DNA of 34,875 nucleotides from a virus (Duplodnaviria; Heunggongvirae; Uroviricota; Caudoviricetes): IMG/VR virus record IMGVR_UViG_2917413769_000004; one strand, 5' to 3'. Shown piece by piece: positions 33,671 to 34,875 of this stretch (position 1 is its first letter; each line of letters starts with the position of its first letter). The notes under the pieces were generated by a model. It saw only the letters and a program-made list of their open reading frames with translations, ran no database searches and was not told where the DNA came from. The position numbers and the translations under genes were made by a program.

Positions 33671-34088
33671 GCAGCGTCTTATTCAACTCATCCATATTGC
33701 CCGCAATGACCTCCAGATGGATGAGGATACCTACCGCCAGATGCTACAGGGGCTGACCGGCAAAGCCTCAACCAAAGGGATGGATACCACACAACTAAAC
33801 CGCGTGCTGGAATCCATGAAAAAGAAAGGCTTTTGCATTAAGTCTGCCGGGAAAGCCAGGCCCGGCTTACCGCTGGATAGCCATCCGCAGTCAAAGAAAA
33901 TCCGTGCGCTATGGCTTGAAATGGCTACGGCAGGCGTCGTCCGTGACAGTTCAGAGCAGGCGCTGGCGCTATGGGTTAAACGGGAAACGGGCATCAGCGC
34001 GTTACGCTGGCTCAGCAATGAGCAGGCAAGTAGCGTGATTGAGAAACTGAAGAAGTGGCAGCGCAGAGCTGCGGGGGTGAAGCAATGA
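33660..34088 (+). CDS. gemA: GemA-like regulatory protein (Mu gp16 family)
   Basis: Start at MMTRQRLIQLIHIARNDLQMDEDTYRQML with AGGAG RBS; position just upstream of mor. Confidence 0.6.
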   Translation: MMTRQRLIQLIHIARNDLQMDEDTYRQMLQGLTGKASTKGMDTTQLNRVLESMKKKGFCIKSAGKARPGLPLDSHPQSKKIRALWLEMATAGVVRDSSEQALALWVKRETGISALRWLSNEQASSVIEKLKKWQRRAAGVKQ

Positions 34089-34474
34089 GCGACCTGAATC
34101 AGTTTCGTAGTAAAGGGCCGGAACTGTTGGTAGAGCTGGCACAGCATACCTCTGAGACCGTCCGCGAGATTATTGATATCGAACCCGCAGTTGCCGACCA
34201 GATTGGTCAGGCCGTCGCGAACCGCATGATGCAGGTCTGGGGCGGGCAAAACGTCTATTTTCCGATGGGCATGGTCTGGAAGGTCAGCCAGCGCGATCGG
34301 GAAATCTTTCTGGAGTTTGACGGGCGCAACCATCACGAACTGGCCCGCAAATTTGGTGTTTCACTACAGTGGGTTTACAGCGTGGTGAAGCGAGTCAGAA
34401 AAGAAGAACTGGATCGGATGCAGGGCAAACTGTTTGATGGCGAACTTGATGCCGATATGGGGAAAAAGGAGTAA
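34085..34474 (+). CDS. mor: Mor-family transcriptional activator (Mor/C family)
   Basis: Start at MSDLNQFRSKGPELLVELAQH...; C-terminal HTH LARKFGVSLQWVYSVVKRVRK; ATGA overlap with the GemA-like stop. Confidence 0.8.
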   Translation: MSDLNQFRSKGPELLVELAQHTSETVREIIDIEPAVADQIGQAVANRMMQVWGGQNVYFPMGMVWKVSQRDREIFLEFDGRNHHELARKFGVSLQWVYSVVKRVRKEELDRMQGKLFDGELDADMGKKE

Positions 34475-34503
34475 TATCTGCGATCAGGCTGGTGCGAGTT
34501 CTG

Positions 34504-34635
<132 letters not shown>

Positions 34636-34875
34636 GGCGGCGTCGATCACCGGGAAGGTGTCGAAGAAGGCGTACACCAGGTTCACCACCAACAGGAAGA
34701 AACTCACCGGGGCGATAAGCGGCAGCGCAATCTTAAAGAAGCGGCGAATCGGCCCTGCGCCGTCAATAGCTGCGGCTTCAATCAACGAACGGGGAATGGA
34801 TTGCAGCGCGGCATAGAAGAACAGGAAGTTGTAGCTAATTTGCTTCCACACCGAGGCAAACACCACCAGAAACAT
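34636..34875 (-). CDS. ugpA: Host sn-glycerol-3-phosphate ABC transporter permease UgpA, internal fragment truncated by the prophage insertion
   Basis: Translation ...[69 protein letters not shown] contains the ABC-permease EAA loop and matches UgpA; frame is closed by a TGA made of prophage bases 34633-34635. Confidence 0.9.

Overview
Almost the whole window (1-34635) is one Mu-like transposable prophage, cut at the left window edge inside its gin invertase gene and ending at about 34635, where it interrupts the host ugpA permease gene (34636-34875, minus strand). Reading left to right: gin (partial), an invertible tail-fibre segment of about 1.5 kb bounded by 69-bp inverted repeats, then a minus-strand late region (baseplate, tape measure with a frameshifted chaperone pair, tube, sheath, Mu-type head genes, portal, terminase, lysis cassette). 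A short AT-rich accessory region follows (two unknown ORFs, a Dam-family methyltransferase, a lipoprotein behind the repressor), then a plus-strand early operon (Ner-like, DDE transposase A, AAA+ ATPase B, Com-like zinc ribbon, MazG-like, GemA, Mor) running to the prophage end. The early operon is therefore transcribed divergently from the late genes, unlike Mu itself; from memory this matches the BcepMu-type layout. Points I would look at first: a conserved motif upstream of three late transcription units (candidate late promoters), an apparent 1-nt frameshift splitting the portal gene, the unannotatable accessory genes beside the repressor, and a Com-like regulator coupled to a MazG-like gene rather than to mom. 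No tRNA, rRNA or CRISPR array was seen. All homology calls are from reading the translations, not from searches.
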